This document shows positions 62,831-64,000 of a DNA stretch of 64,000 nucleotides, in pieces. Source of the stretch: Candidatus Binatia bacterium. GTDB taxonomy: Bacteria; Desulfobacterota; Binatia; UBA9968; JAJDTQ01. How positions within the stretch are numbered: the stretch's first letter is position 1; each line of letters starts with the position of its first letter. The notes below the pieces were generated by a model. The model did no database searches. It was not told the origin of the DNA and saw only the letters and a list, made by a program, of their open reading frames with translations. The position numbers were made by a program, and so were the translations under genes. The stretch spans positions 768,001-832,000 of the forward strand of contig OY762897.2 in NCBI GenBank assembly GCA_963666515.2. The letters run 5' to 3'.

Positions 62831-63160
62831 CTACCAGCGGCCTGGTCTGCCGCCTCCGCCCGACCGCCTGTTGCCGCCGCCCCCGCCTCCGTTGCCGAAG
62901 CCGGACCGTCTCTCCTGCGGGCGCGCCTCGTTGACCGTCAGCGTACGGCCCTGAAGCTCCGTTCCGTTGAGGGCGTCGATGGCTTTCTGCCCTTCTTCAC
63001 CCGAGCCCATTTCCACGAAGCCGAAGCCGCGCGACTGGCCGGTAAACTTGTCCGCGATGACTCTTGCGGACTCCACCGTGCCGTGCTCGGCGAATACCTC
63101 CTCGAGCTGGCCGTCGGTGACGGAATAGGGCAAACCGCCCACGTACAATTTCTGGCTCAT
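62831..63160 (-). CDS. RRM RNA-binding protein with Gly-rich tail
   Basis: KLYVGGL (RNP2), RGFGFVEM (RNP1). Confidence 0.93.
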   Translation of the reverse strand: MSQKLYVGGLPYSVTDGQLEEVFAEHGTVESARVIADKFTGQSRGFGFVEMGSGEEGQKAIDALNGTELQGRTLTVNEARPQERRSGFGNGGGGGGNRRSGGGGRPGRW

Positions 63161-63460
63161 GTTCTTCCTCCAATGGCTGAGACAAAAGAAAACCAGTCTG
63201 TTCGACCCTGGGAATCGGATCGCCGCATCGGGCAAGAACATGCCTCTTTCACGGCACGCGATGGAACTTTGCTTGGACGAGAGCTTCGTCGGGCAGATTA
63301 GGCTGGAACACAGTTCGAATAGGGAGACTTTAGCTGCATCCGGCGTCCGTGTCAACGGCACGGTCGCCTCGGTCGCAACTACTCGTCACGTCGCTACCGG
63401 GTGACACACCGATAGTGAACCGGGACGAGATCGGCAGACGGCTGCATGGCCGGCGCGGAA

Positions 63461-63652
63461 CTAGAGATCCTCGATAGGGGGTTGCGGACCAGGGACGATG
63501 TCGGCGATGTCGGGATCGACGTCGTCTTCGCGCTCGGGCCGTTCTTGCCGGGCTTCCCGGCGTTCGGCGCGCCGCCTGGCCTTCTCCTCCTTCTTCTCCT
63601 GTTTTGCGCGTTCCCGCTGCCGCTTGGCAAACGTGGTTCGTGGTTGAGCCAT
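63461..63652 (-). CDS. Small highly charged hypothetical protein
   Basis: TFAKRQRERAKQEKK...DPDIADIVPGPQP; plausible RBS upstream. Confidence 0.65.
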   Translation of the reverse strand: MAQPRTTFAKRQRERAKQEKKEEKARRRAERREARQERPEREDDVDPDIADIVPGPQPPIEDL

Positions 63653-63722
63653 TTCGCCAGTCTATCGTTTCTTGGCGCGAACGCCAAACGGTTGACGGTT
63701 TGCGGCCGGGCGGCGTGGCTCC

Positions 63723-64000
63723 TCAGCCGCCGGACTCCATCAGCCGGTACACCCGCTCGGGGCTCATGGGCAGGTCGTGGACCACGATGCCCACGGCCTG
63801 CCGCAGCGCGGCGGCGATGGCCGGCGCCACCGGGGCCAAGCCGCCCTCGGCCATGCCCTTGCTGCCGAAGGGGCCGGGGCCTTCCCGGTTCTCGATCAGC
63901 ACGGAATCGAGCACCGCGGGCAGGTTCTTGAACCGCGGCAGGGCGTAGTCGATGGCGCTGGGGTTGAGCAGCAGGGCGCCGTCGAACACCTGCTCCTCGG
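63723..64000 (-). CDS. Xanthine dehydrogenase-family Mo-binding subunit, C-terminal part (starts beyond the window)
   Basis: GPFGSKGMAEGG...APAIAAA...LPMSPERV. Confidence 0.85.
   Translation of the reverse strand, partial: EEQVFDGALLLNPSAIDYALPRFKNLPAVLDSVLIENREGPGPFGSKGMAEGGLAPVAPAIAAALRQAVGIVVHDLPMSPERVYRLMESGG

Overview
High-GC bacterial chromosomal window. Gene content suggests a deltaproteobacterium-like heterotroph such as Ca. Binatia, which is inference only. From 1 to 18.8 kb there are catabolic genes followed by a housekeeping block (ftsE-ftsX-envC-like-ctpA-xseA-xseB-tlyA-rpsU-cvpA-dnaG-rpoD-tRNA-Ile2). Directly after the tRNA is a type I restriction-modification operon (hsdM-hsdS-hsdR) with a DUF433/PIN-like toxin-antitoxin pair between hsdS and hsdR. 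The remainder is an accessory region: five amidohydrolase_2 paralogues, LLM oxidoreductases, MFS carriers, hydantoinase A/B, amidase, a Mo-hydroxylase operon, a DEAD-box/RRM cluster, intact and decayed toxin-antitoxin modules, and three families of palindromic intergenic repeats. The most notable signal is two genes about 2 kb apart, a CoA-binding (YccU-like) protein and a two-domain rhodanese. Each has an in-frame TGA where the family has a conserved Cys, and each TGA is followed by a 7-bp hairpin with the same C-GGC-G apex. These are probably selenoproteins with a shared SECIS-like element, and the ORF track truncates both. No CRISPR array, rRNA, integrase or prophage was seen. Family assignments are from motif recognition, not database searches.
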